From: a virus
UHGV virus genome: UHGV-0102749
Length of the DNA stretch: 18,456 nucleotides
Direction: 5' to 3' (one strand)
Program-made: the position numbers and the translations under genes
Notes under the pieces: generated by a model
Databases searched by the model: none
Told to the model about the DNA's origin: nothing
The model's input: only the letters and a program-made list of their open reading frames with translations
Part shown: piece after piece, positions 1 to 8,102 of the stretch
How the letters are laid out: every line of letters begins with the position of its first letter
How positions within the stretch are numbered: the stretch's first letter is position 1

Positions 1-334
1 TGTTGCGACGGGCCAGTTGCTTAATGCGTGGGTGGGGCGCATCGTAAGAATCCGGCAGCGGCATTCCCTCACCATATGACATGGCATTGGATTGACCAGC
101 AAGTACCACCACGTAATACCACTCCGGCACGCTGCCGTGCTGGGGGGAATCAGGTGAGATGTCTGTAGTGCCATCGGCCACCATTGCCTGCATTAGATAC
201 CACGGGGTGCCGGGTTCGTAGGCAACCCGCGTCTCCCCCTGAAGATGCCACCCTTTCGCAAGATGTTCATTCACCTTTTGAGTCAGTTCAGCCTGTGTCA
301 TGGCTGTAATCAGTGCAAAGTTCTTACTGGTCAT
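1..334 (-). CDS. DUF1737-like N-terminal domain + SGNH/sialate-O-acetylesterase-like protein (5' part only; gene continues past window start)
   Basis: Minus-strand ORF from ATG at 334 (SD GGGAG ~10 nt upstream; ATGA overlap with stop of upstream ORF 331..642) with no stop before position 1. Translation MTSKNFALITAMTQAELTQKVNEHLAKGWHLQGETRVAYEPGTPWYLMQAMVADG...VVVLAGQSNAMSYGEGMPLPDSYDAPHPRIKQLARR; the GQSN block is the catalytic-serine motif of SGNH/SASA esterases. Missing from the ORF track because it is truncated. Confidence 0.55.
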   Translation of the reverse strand, partial: MTSKNFALITAMTQAELTQKVNEHLAKGWHLQGETRVAYEPGTPWYLMQAMVADGTTDISPDSPQHGSVPEWYYVVVLAGQSNAMSYGEGMPLPDSYDAPHPRIKQLARRN

Positions 335-642
335 TGTGTTACTCCCGTCTGGTGTGTCAGTTCGGCTATTCTCTTATCCAGTTCAGCAATGGCCCGTTTA
401 TCCGCGTTACAGGTTTCCAGTGCATCCAGAAGGCGGTCGCCCCATATTCCGAGGTTTCCCCATGTGGGTGGGTCAGGGAAGGGGGGAGGCGTTACCGGCA
501 TGGTCAGCGTCTGCGGTATAAGCCGGACTGACGGCGCTGGCCCTGGCGCGTTCTGCGTGCCTGCGCAACCTGTCAGTAAAACGAGCGTCAGGCAAAGCGT
601 GGGCGCATTCATCTTTTGCAATATCGTTGCGTAGCTGTTCAC
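331..642 (-). CDS. Rz1/LysC-like outer-membrane spanin lipoprotein
   Basis: Overlaps the 3' end of the Rz-like gene in another frame. Signal peptide with lipobox LTGC (…TLCLTLVLLTGCAG), then a proline-rich segment (PVTPPPFPDPPTW). Start is GTG at 642 (SD GGAGAGG) or ATG at 612. Confidence 0.55.
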   Translation of the reverse strand: MNSYATILQKMNAPTLCLTLVLLTGCAGTQNAPGPAPSVRLIPQTLTMPVTPPPFPDPPTWGNLGIWGDRLLDALETCNADKRAIAELDKRIAELTHQTGVTQ

Positions 643-868
643 GTCTTACCTCTCCGTCCTGATTGCGTTGCTGATTTTCCGCGCGGAGCTGAGCCAGCAC
701 CTGCTGCATATCCTGTACCCCGGCGCTGATGATATTCAGTGTGTCGACGGTACTTTTCAGGGTGCTGGCCTGCGCTTCGTTTCTGGCGTTCTCCCGGCCC
801 AGCGACCACGACAGACGCATGGATGTAATCAGAAGGAAAGCGACGCCAAGCGTGGGCCAGAGCTTCAT
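473..868 (-). CDS. Rz/LysB-like inner-membrane spanin
   Basis: ATG at 868 overlaps the endolysin stop (ATGA). N-terminal TM segment (LWPTLGVAFLLITSM) followed by a charged, Q/R/E-rich probable coiled-coil region. Position right after the endolysin fits. The ORF-track start at 1012 lies inside the endolysin gene and is rejected. Confidence 0.6.
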   Translation of the reverse strand: MKLWPTLGVAFLLITSMRLSWSLGRENARNEAQASTLKSTVDTLNIISAGVQDMQQVLAQLRAENQQRNQDGEVRREQLRNDIAKDECAHALPDARFTDRLRRHAERARASAVSPAYTADADHAGNASPLP

Positions 869-1257
869 GCCGGATAGGCTCCGTGTGGTAACTGAAAATG
901 CGGTCCGTCTTTCAGGGGCTTCCAGTCGCCGCCCCATTCCACCGGAATATTCAGTTCCTGGCTGGCCTGTCTGAATGCTGCTGCGATTTTTTCGTACAGC
1001 GGCCATTCCCATGACACCTGGTTGCCGACATAAGCCACAACATCCACGGCATGCCCTGTGAGATGGCGACTGTTCATGGTCTGGCTCTTGCCTGTGGTCA
1101 CGAGCTGCTTCTGACGATAACGACTGCGCAATCCTTCGGTGATACCAAAATCCACTTCCGAGATTTCCAGCGCCCGTCGGGTCACTTTCACCAGATCAGG
1201 ATTTACACCCTGCAAATTCTTTTCGCTCCGGCTGCTGAATTTAAATGTGTTGCTCAT
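865..1257 (-). CDS. Endolysin, peptidase M15 (zinc D-Ala-D-Ala carboxypeptidase-like) family
   Basis: 130 aa; motifs SRHLTGHAVDV and a downstream His are typical of the M15 metallopeptidase fold; flanked by holin and spanins; ATGA coupling at both ends. Confidence 0.8.
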   Translation of the reverse strand: MSNTFKFSSRSEKNLQGVNPDLVKVTRRALEISEVDFGITEGLRSRYRQKQLVTTGKSQTMNSRHLTGHAVDVVAYVGNQVSWEWPLYEKIAAAFRQASQELNIPVEWGGDWKPLKDGPHFQLPHGAYPA

Positions 1258-1577
1258 TCGTTCCTCTCCTTCACCCTGCGATCAAATATTGCAATAACCT
1301 TGTCGCGTGCTTTCTCTGCGCCCATAAAACCGATTGAGGCACCAAAAAACGTCACTGCATCCTCAGGGATCCCGAAGAAGCGCAGCGACCCGGCCACGGC
1401 CATGGCAAGAACGCCGCACGCCAGCGATCCCGTTACGGTCTGAACCAGTGTTCGTCCGTCATAAAGACTCATCAGCGCGGAAATGCTGACCGCCGCGCCT
1501 ACTGCATACACCGTTGGCAGGTGGTCAAAGAGCCACGCAATAACCTGCTCTGTGATCCCTGTTTGAATGGTGCTCAC
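1254..1577 (-). CDS. Holin (P2 gpY position)
   Basis: GTG start at 1577 with SD GGGGGGAG directly after the gpX stop. About 108 aa with three hydrophobic segments (VIAWLFDHLPTVYAVGAAVSISALMSL; VTGSLACGVLAMAVAGSL; AVTFFGASIGFMGA) and a charged C-terminus. The longer ORF-track start at 1796 overlaps gpX and gpL and is rejected. Confidence 0.55.
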   Translation of the reverse strand: MSTIQTGITEQVIAWLFDHLPTVYAVGAAVSISALMSLYDGRTLVQTVTGSLACGVLAMAVAGSLRFFGIPEDAVTFFGASIGFMGAEKARDKVIAIFDRRVKERNE

Positions 1578-1579
1578 TG

Positions 1580-1780
1580 CTACTCCCCCCACAACTGAAT
1601 CATTTCTCGTTTCTTCTTCTCCGGCTCCGGCATCTCCACTTCCTGCCCGGCGTCCAGAAATACCTGCTGACAGAGTCCGGGGTTGGCATCCAGCACCTTT
1701 TCGGTGACGCCCTGTGTCGTGCCGTAGTACCGGAAACAGAGCGAATCCACGGTGTCGCCTTCCAGTGCCTTCACTTTCAT
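1580..1780 (-). CDS. X: Tail protein X (LysM-like), P2 gpX homologue
   Basis: 66 aa, MKVKALEGDTVDSLCFRYYGTTQGVTEKVLDANPGL… matches P2 gpX as I recall it (MKTFALQGDTLDAICVRYYGRTEGVVETVLAANPGL…). ATG at 1780 shares one base with the gpL stop (TGATG). Confidence 0.8.
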   Translation of the reverse strand: MKVKALEGDTVDSLCFRYYGTTQGVTEKVLDANPGLCQQVFLDAGQEVEMPEPEKKKREMIQLWGE

Positions 1781-2274
1781 CAGCACAGCTCCGCAAACAT
1801 TCGCGGTCGTCCCAGAATGTCAGAGATGGCCCAGCTCACATCGCGCCACAAATCCGATGTCTGTATATCCAGTGCGTCCGCCCGGCGGTCGCCCTTGTCC
1901 GTTGTGTCCGCATCGCGGTAACGCTCCAGAATCAGGGCGCGTGTGGCGGTATAAACAGCATTGCGCCAGTGCCAGAGATTGACGCTTTCTCCGTTAATTA
2001 CAGGGGCCGGAACATCGGCCAGCGTCTGATAGCCAGCCGCCTGTTGTTCCTGCTGCCATGCTTCCAGCTCGCGGGTAACGTGTGCTATGGCCCCGGTGGC
2101 GGTATGCAGCAGGCGGGAGGTGGTCACGCGGCCCGGCAGTCGTACCGCCAGACGCAGCTCGCGCAGCACAATATCCGGCCAGAATGCACCCGCTGAAATA
2201 CGGGTATCGCCATCATCGGTGTCGGTGATGTCGTCCTCTGCGGGGCCGGGGTTAGTTCTGGCAACCATACTCAT
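1780..2274 (-). CDS. L: Head completion/stabilisation protein, P2 gpL homologue
   Basis: Conserved blocks LADVPA…INGES and DLWRDVSWAISDILGRPR match P2 gpL; ATG at 2274 with SD AGGAG. Confidence 0.75.
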   Translation of the reverse strand: MSMVARTNPGPAEDDITDTDDGDTRISAGAFWPDIVLRELRLAVRLPGRVTTSRLLHTATGAIAHVTRELEAWQQEQQAAGYQTLADVPAPVINGESVNLWHWRNAVYTATRALILERYRDADTTDKGDRRADALDIQTSDLWRDVSWAISDILGRPRMFAELC

Positions 2275-2375
2275 GGGGTTCACTCCTGAAAAAATCGGGC
2301 GGTGGGTGCGCGGTGTAAACGGTCACGGAGTCAAACCGGAACACCGCGCACGCCGCCCGCTGACGGGGTCAGTCG

Positions 2376-3176
2376 TTAACCGCGCTTTGCCTTCTGCGTC
2401 GCGGTGGTTTTTCGTGTTGCAGGCTTCTGCGTTGTCTTTTTACTTTTGCTGCTTTCGTCCTGCGTCTGCTGTGCGCTGGCGTCTTCTGGTGCGGCTGCGG
2501 AATCGGCTTTTTTCAGGGCGCGGGAAAGGGTTGCAATCTCGCGTTTCACACCTGCGTTCGGGTTCAGGTGCATCGCTTCGCGCAGCAGCTTCAGTGATGA
2601 GGCCATGTTGTCTGCATCGGTCAGGCCACGACGGGCAAAGGCACACGCCTTGCATAATTTGGCGCGCACTTCGTCCGGCATGTCCTGGTTGGCGACAATT
2701 TCCCAAAGTGTGTCCAGTGGTTCGATAAAGGCGGATAAATCCGCGTCGGCATCCGTCCCGGCCTGCGTCAGTACCGGGTTGCAGATTTCTTCGGTCAGTA
2801 CCGTGGCAGCAGTACGGCCAAAGTTATCCGGCATGATGAGGTTGTGACGGACCACATATGCACCAATACGCAGCGCCAGCGGAAGATCGCCGCAGTCAAT
2901 CGCCCACACCATCAGCGTGGCAATTACTTCGTCCTGTTGCCCGCCGTCAGTCTCCAGCGTTCCCTCAATCCAGCCGGAAAAGTCCGGCAACAACTCTTTT
3001 TTGATGGCGGCTTTCGCGCTTCTGGCCTGTACGCCCTTTAGCCTGGCCTGTGCCAGACGCAGACGATACAGCACCTCTTCATGCGCGGTACGCGCGGCGT
3101 GGTCCACACCTTCATTCGCCCGGCCTGCGCGCTGTGCCATCACGTTCTGCCAGTGTTGTTGTGCAGGAGTAATCAT
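2376..3176 (-). CDS. M: Terminase small (endonuclease) subunit, P2 gpM position
   Basis: 266 aa ORF between gpN and gpL; SD GGAGAG; basic Lys/Thr-rich C-terminal tail. Called from synteny and size. Confidence 0.65.
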   Translation of the reverse strand: MITPAQQHWQNVMAQRAGRANEGVDHAARTAHEEVLYRLRLAQARLKGVQARSAKAAIKKELLPDFSGWIEGTLETDGGQQDEVIATLMVWAIDCGDLPLALRIGAYVVRHNLIMPDNFGRTAATVLTEEICNPVLTQAGTDADADLSAFIEPLDTLWEIVANQDMPDEVRAKLCKACAFARRGLTDADNMASSLKLLREAMHLNPNAGVKREIATLSRALKKADSAAAPEDASAQQTQDESSKSKKTTQKPATRKTTATQKAKRG

Positions 3177-3221
3177 TTTTTCTCTCCGTTACAGGCGGGC
3201 ATGATGCCCGCCGTGAGTTGA

Positions 3222-4274
3222 TTAGCTGTCGGCGAACTTCAGGCCAGTGATCATCGCGCACTTGCCATAGTCTTCAACGACATAAGCGTCATTGATGGAC
3301 TGGTAGGTGGCGATGCGGTTGTATTCCGGCTCGTCTTTCATCAGGCGACGCATTGAACCTTTCTGCCAGTAAATCGACAGGTTGTTGAACGAGGTGATAA
3401 GCATCGTTGCATCCGGGAAGAACGGCGCAAGGAACACGCCCAGCCCGCCAATGGTGCGCGATGACAGGATGAGCTGCCCGGCAAGTAATTCCGCATTGGG
3501 ATTCTGGCCGCTGATGCTGTTCAGCACGGGCAGACGCAGCGAGTTAAACAGGTTGCGCCCCATAATCACCGCGAGGTCGTCAGCTTCCTTGTGCCATTCA
3601 TCCAGCAGGGATGAGCGCGCATCCTGTACCAGAGCATCGGCATTCGCATACTTACCCACGTGCGCCACAGTGTTGTCCATGTTGCGGGAGGTCAGCGTCA
3701 CGTCATTCATTACGCGCTCGCTGGCATCGGTTCTGATGTGCTCCAGCCAGCCCACGTTAACGTCCTGAAGCAGCTTGTTGGTGTGAAAATCAGACTCGTA
3801 GGCGTGGGATGTGCCGTTAAAGCCAATCATGATGCGATCAAGCGCTACCTGCCGGGCGATCTGTGTACTGATACGGGACTGAAAATCGCTGTGGGCCGCC
3901 CAGGTATCAAGCTGTGGGTACGAAATAAAGGTATCGTAGTTCACCTGTTCGCACTGGTACTGACGAGACTTCATATCGATCACGTTATTCGGGTTACGGC
4001 GTTTGATGCCGTCATAACTGCTATTCGTGCGCGCAATTGGCCCGGTGGTGTCCAGGAGGATTTTTTCGCCTTTCTGGTCGGTCACGCCGATCACGTTAAT
4101 TCTTTTCGTAAATTCGGTACTTTCCTTTGAGGCGTTTTCAAAACGCTGCTGCACCGCGGGTTCCACGGTAAATCGCGATACCAGTGCAGATACCGGGATA
4201 TTGTTAAGCGACGCCTGCTGCGCCATATAGCAACCCAGCTTGTTGCGGGTAATATCTGACATCACCAGATTCAT
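3222..4274 (-). CDS. N: Major capsid protein, P2 gpN homologue
   Basis: 350 aa; blocks FTVEP, IMIGFNGT, VGWL, YVVEDY and LITSFNNLSIYW match P2 gpN; SD AAGGAG before ATG 4274. Confidence 0.9.
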   Translation of the reverse strand: MNLVMSDITRNKLGCYMAQQASLNNIPVSALVSRFTVEPAVQQRFENASKESTEFTKRINVIGVTDQKGEKILLDTTGPIARTNSSYDGIKRRNPNNVIDMKSRQYQCEQVNYDTFISYPQLDTWAAHSDFQSRISTQIARQVALDRIMIGFNGTSHAYESDFHTNKLLQDVNVGWLEHIRTDASERVMNDVTLTSRNMDNTVAHVGKYANADALVQDARSSLLDEWHKEADDLAVIMGRNLFNSLRLPVLNSISGQNPNAELLAGQLILSSRTIGGLGVFLAPFFPDATMLITSFNNLSIYWQKGSMRRLMKDEPEYNRIATYQSINDAYVVEDYGKCAMITGLKFADS

Positions 4275-4297
4275 AAAAAATTTGCTCCTTTGTCTTA

Positions 4298-5134
4298 TCA
4301 GAAGTCAGCCAGCTGGTCGGAGGCTGCGCCCGTTGCGGTGAAGCGGTTCTGCGGATCGCCGTCCTGCGTGCGCAGTTTTTCCTTCAATGCTGTCAGCTCT
4401 GTGGTCAGTGACGTGATTTTCTGGCGGTCCTGCTGATGGCGGGTTTCCAGCACATTAAAACGGTCGATAATGTCGGCCTGTGACGTTGCAACGCCTTCCA
4501 CCGCTTCCTGAATTCGGGAGAAACTGGCGTCATCCGCTTTGCGGCCACGACCAATAATCCCCATTACGCGGTTAAACCACTGGGTGCCTTCTTCCTGGCG
4601 TTGTTCTGCCATTTCGATGATTTCAGACTCGATGGCTTCGGAGATAAGCGGTGCTTCACCCTGGATACTGTTGAACGTCATCACCGCCTGACGTTGCTGT
4701 GCCGTGAATTTCAGGCGCTCAGTGCCCAGGCTTGCCGGGGTGTCGGTCATCGCCAGCCCGACCAGATAGGCGCGCCCGTTAACGGAGAACTGCGGGTGCA
4801 GTTCGATACTGGAATAGATTTTCTTGCCGTCCGCGACAAGCTGCTTCATGCGTTCGGTAGGTTCGATTTCTGCATACAGCGCAGTACGTCCGGCCAGCGG
4901 ACCTTCCGTAATGTCTTCCGTACTCAGTGCGGTGACATCGCCCATTGCGGAAAATTCGCTTGACGGGCATGGCGAGAGATAGTGCTCAACGTTCACACGG
5001 GCAGCGTAAACATCCGGGTTGAAGTTCTCGGCGGCTTCACGCAGATGCACCGGGCTGATTTCGCGGCCATCAACAGTTGATCCGGAGACAGCCACGCGAA
5101 ACTTTTTGCGGGATGTCTTTTTTTCATTAGCCAT
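4298..5134 (-). CDS. O: Capsid scaffolding protein, P2 gpO homologue
   Basis: FRVAVSGSTVDGREISPVHL and YLVGLAMTDTPASLGTE match P2 gpO (FRIGVEGDTCDGRVIS…, YLVGLAVTDDPASLGTE). Start taken at ATG 5134 (SD GAGGGG); the ORF track extends to 5167. Confidence 0.85.
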   Translation of the reverse strand: MANEKKTSRKKFRVAVSGSTVDGREISPVHLREAAENFNPDVYAARVNVEHYLSPCPSSEFSAMGDVTALSTEDITEGPLAGRTALYAEIEPTERMKQLVADGKKIYSSIELHPQFSVNGRAYLVGLAMTDTPASLGTERLKFTAQQRQAVMTFNSIQGEAPLISEAIESEIIEMAEQRQEEGTQWFNRVMGIIGRGRKADDASFSRIQEAVEGVATSQADIIDRFNVLETRHQQDRQKITSLTTELTALKEKLRTQDGDPQNRFTATGAASDQLADF

Positions 5135-5288
5135 AGTTTTTGCCCCTCTGACTGGTTCTTCAGTCATGATGGCAAAGCGTAACAGGCTGATACAAAGGGC
5201 TTTTGTTGTAAGAAAACGGCCAGAACAGGGGGTTAAGGAGAACGGTTTCGCGCGCGGGTAATCTTCCTGTAATTACTCAGGGGGAGCA
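5135..5288. promoter_or_regulatory. Divergent late-promoter region between O and P operons; contains dyad ACAAA-N5-TTTGT near 5192..5206
   Basis: Intergenic region between divergent gene starts. P2 late promoters here are Ogr-dependent and carry a dyad element; an imperfect dyad is visible, but no exact promoter was mapped. Confidence 0.35.
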
Positions 5289-7040
5289 ATGATTCAGGAC
5301 GCTTTTGTGCGCCAGCGTGCGCGGCAACTTTACTGGCAGGGTTATCCGCCCGCAGAAATATCACGTCTGATGGGAATAAACCCGAACACGATTTATGCGT
5401 GGAAAAAACGCGACCAGTGGGATGAAACGCCACCCGTGCAGCGTGTCACGCAATCCATCGATGCGCGCCTCATCCAGCTTACTGAAAAACAGAATAAAAC
5501 AGGCGGTGACTTTAAGGAAATAGACCTGCTGACCCGGCAGCTTAAAAAGCTGCATGATGGCCAGCCGGATGTGATGGCCGCAGGAAAGAAAGGCCGGGCG
5601 AAAAAACTCAAAAATCATTTCACGCCGGAACAGATTGCCGCACTGCGGGAAAAAATCATCAGCAGGCTGGAGTGGCATCAGCGAGGCTGGTTTGACTCCC
5701 TGACCCTTTGCAGGGAAGCCGGGATACGTAACAGGATGATCCTGAAATCCCGACAGATTGGGGCGACCTGGTATTTTGCGCAGGAAGCGCTGCTGATGGC
5801 GCTGCGTGACGATGTGGCGCAACCTTACCAGCGTAACCAGATTTTTTTGTCTGCGTCGCGTCGTCAGGCGTTCCAGTTTAAAAGCATTATTCAGAAGGCC
5901 GCGGCTGAAGTTGATGTGGAGCTGAAAGGGGGCGATAAAATCATCCTCTCCAACGGCGCAGAGCTGCATTTTCTCGGCACTTCTGCTGCGTCGGCACAGT
6001 CCTATACGGGCAATTTTTATTTTGATGAATTTTTCTGGGTCAGTCGCTTTGCTGAACTGCGCAAGGTGGCTGGCGCGATGGCAACCCTCAGCGGACTGCG
6101 GCGCACCTACTTCTCCACGCCATCCACCGAAACGCACGAGGCATACGCCTACTGGAACGGCGACCGCTGGAATGAGAAAAAGGCCACGCATAAACGCCAG
6201 CGTTTTTCTGTGGACTGGAAAACGCTGCATAACGGGCTTATCTGTCCTGACCGGACGTGGCGGCAAATTGTCACGCTGGAAGATGTGGTTAATCACGGCT
6301 GGAAACACACCGATATCGACGAAATTCGTGATGAAAACACCGAAGACGAGTTCCGCAATCTCTATATGTGTGAGTTTGTCCGCGAAGGGGAATCGGCATT
6401 TAACCTGAATATCCTGATTGGCTGCGGCGTTGACGGGTACGACGACTGGAAAGACTGGAAACCTTTTGCTCCCCGCCCGATGGGGAATCGTCCGGTATGG
6501 ATTGGGTATGACGCAAACGGCAGCAGCGGCAACGGCGACAGCGGCGCTGTGTCCGTGGTGGTTCCTCCGGCTGTGCCTGGTGGCCGTTTTCGAACGGTGG
6601 AGACGCGACGCGTTCAGGGGCTGGAGTTTGAAGAACAGGCCAGAGTCATTGAAGAGTTCACGTATCGCTACAACGTGGAACACATCGGCATTGATGTGAC
6701 GGGCGGGAACGGGGAGGCTGTTTATCAGATAGTGAAACGGTTTTTCCCTGCTGCTATTCCGTACACCTTCACGCTGTCATCAAAACGGTCGCTGGTACTG
6801 AAAATGCTGCAAATAATGCGTGCCGGGCGGTGGGAATACGATCGCGCCGAACGCGAGCTGGTCGCGGCCTTTAACGCCGTGCGTAAGGTGAAAACACCGG
6901 GCGGCTTTATCACTTACGAAACGGACCGTGCGAGGGGGATCAGCCACGGCGACCTTGCGTGGGCAACCATGCTTGCTGTCATTAACGAACCGATTGGCGG
7001 CGAAGGAGAAAACGAGCGTTTCACGGTTATGGAGTTCTGA
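5289..7040 (+). CDS. P: Terminase large (ATPase) subunit, P2 gpP position
   Basis: 583 aa (P2 gpP is ~590 aa as I recall); SD GGGGAG; divergent from the capsid operon and one-base-coupled to the portal gene (TGATG). Confidence 0.85.
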   Translation: MIQDAFVRQRARQLYWQGYPPAEISRLMGINPNTIYAWKKRDQWDETPPVQRVTQSIDARLIQLTEKQNKTGGDFKEIDLLTRQLKKLHDGQPDVMAAGKKGRAKKLKNHFTPEQIAALREKIISRLEWHQRGWFDSLTLCREAGIRNRMILKSRQIGATWYFAQEALLMALRDDVAQPYQRNQIFLSASRRQAFQFKSIIQKAAAEVDVELKGGDKIILSNGAELHFLGTSAASAQSYTGNFYFDEFFWVSRFAELRKVAGAMATLSGLRRTYFSTPSTETHEAYAYWNGDRWNEKKATHKRQRFSVDWKTLHNGLICPDRTWRQIVTLEDVVNHGWKHTDIDEIRDENTEDEFRNLYMCEFVREGESAFNLNILIGCGVDGYDDWKDWKPFAPRPMGNRPVWIGYDANGSSGNGDSGAVSVVVPPAVPGGRFRTVETRRVQGLEFEEQARVIEEFTYRYNVEHIGIDVTGGNGEAVYQIVKRFFPAAIPYTFTLSSKRSLVLKMLQIMRAGRWEYDRAERELVAAFNAVRKVKTPGGFITYETDRARGISHGDLAWATMLAVINEPIGGEGENERFTVMEF

Positions 7041-8086
7041 TGAGCAGAAAAAATAAAAAAGTGCGCATGAGTTCACGCATTGATCTCGCTGATGCGCTCA
7101 GGAAAGAATCATCGCTCAGTGCATTCACATTTGATGGTCCTTATCGCCTGACCGGGCATGACCTGCTGGACAATATGTACTGTGCTGATAACGGGCGGTG
7201 GTATGAAACCCCGGTAGACTGGTACGGTCTGGCAAGAGCTGCCCGGCAAACGTCCTGGCATCAGTCTGCGCTTTACTTTAAGCGCAATGTATTACTCGGT
7301 TGCTACATCCCGCACCCGCTGCTTTCCCGGCAGGATTTCTCGGCGCTGGCGCTGGACTGGTTTGTGTTCGGTAATGCATTCCTTGAGCTTCGAAGCAATA
7401 TGCTCGGCGAACCGCTTAAATTACGGCACGCCCTGGCGAAATACATGCGACGCGGAAGCGATCTTGAATCATGGTGGTATGTGCAGGATGGTAAGGACGC
7501 GTTTCAGTTTCGCCCTGGCAAAGTGTGCCACCTGATGAATCCGGATATTAACCAGGAAATCTACGGCATGCCGGAATATCTCGGCGCATTACTCTCGGCC
7601 AGCCTGTCTCATTCGGCGGACATGTTCAGAAAACTGTACTACGACAACGGATCCCACGCCGGGTGCATCATCTACATCGGTGCAGCGCAGGTAAACCGCG
7701 AAAGCATGGACTCCCTGAAAGAAACGCTACAGGGGGCACGTGGTGGTGGTGCGTTTAAAAACGTGCTCATTCATGCGCCCAACGGGGGCAAAGAGGGGGT
7801 GCAAATTTTGCCGTTCCAGCAGATCACCGCAAAAGATGAATTCATGAATGTTAAGGCGGCATCCCGTGATGATGTGCTGGCTGCGCACCGCGTTCCGCCG
7901 CAACTGATGGGGGCGATGCCGGGCGAAAAAAGTGCGTTTGGCGATGTGGAGAAGGCAGCGCGGGTTTACGCAATTAACGAGCTGATGCCCGTCATGGAGG
8001 CTATGAAGCACATCAATGGCTGGCTTGGCGAAGAGGTGATCCGTTTTAACTCTTATGCTCTTCTTGATGAAAAAACAGCCCCGTGA
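7040..8086 (+). CDS. Q: Portal protein, P2 gpQ position
   Basis: 348 aa (P2 gpQ ~344 aa); directly follows the terminase ATPase gene as in P2. Confidence 0.8.
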   Translation: MSRKNKKVRMSSRIDLADALRKESSLSAFTFDGPYRLTGHDLLDNMYCADNGRWYETPVDWYGLARAARQTSWHQSALYFKRNVLLGCYIPHPLLSRQDFSALALDWFVFGNAFLELRSNMLGEPLKLRHALAKYMRRGSDLESWWYVQDGKDAFQFRPGKVCHLMNPDINQEIYGMPEYLGALLSASLSHSADMFRKLYYDNGSHAGCIIYIGAAQVNRESMDSLKETLQGARGGGAFKNVLIHAPNGGKEGVQILPFQQITAKDEFMNVKAASRDDVLAAHRVPPQLMGAMPGEKSAFGDVEKAARVYAINELMPVMEAMKHINGWLGEEVIRFNSYALLDEKTAP

Positions 8087-8102
8087 TGGGGCTGTCCTTT
8101 TT
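8075..8102. terminator. Bidirectional intrinsic terminator shared by convergent genes Q and 8101..8625
   Basis: Stem ACAGCCCC (8075..8082) / GGGGCTGT (8088..8095), 5-nt loop, then CCTTTTT on the plus strand and an A-run (T-run on minus) on the other side. The Q stop codon lies in the loop. Confidence 0.6.

Noticed and set aside
245-642. Plus-strand ORFs 245..634, 300..521 and 313..531
   Set aside because: They are antisense to the coupled minus-strand spanin and esterase genes, have no RBS, and show no recognisable protein features.
1714-2283. Plus-strand ORFs 1714..2196 and 1752..1982 and the long minus-strand ORF start at 1796
   Set aside because: They overlap the well-supported gpX and gpL genes. 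The 180-aa holin ORF only makes sense from the GTG at 1577 with its own SD.
2087-3204. Plus-strand ORFs 2087..2728, 2404..2847, 2844..3041, 2917..3204 and minus-strand 2440..2706
   Set aside because: Antisense or out-of-frame overlaps of the terminase small-subunit gene in a GC-rich region where long spurious ORFs are expected; no RBS or motifs.
5361-6683. 440-aa minus-strand ORF inside the terminase ATPase gene
   Set aside because: Antisense to a well-supported terminase gene; the composition (Arg/Pro/Ala-rich) is typical of a GC-rich antisense frame.
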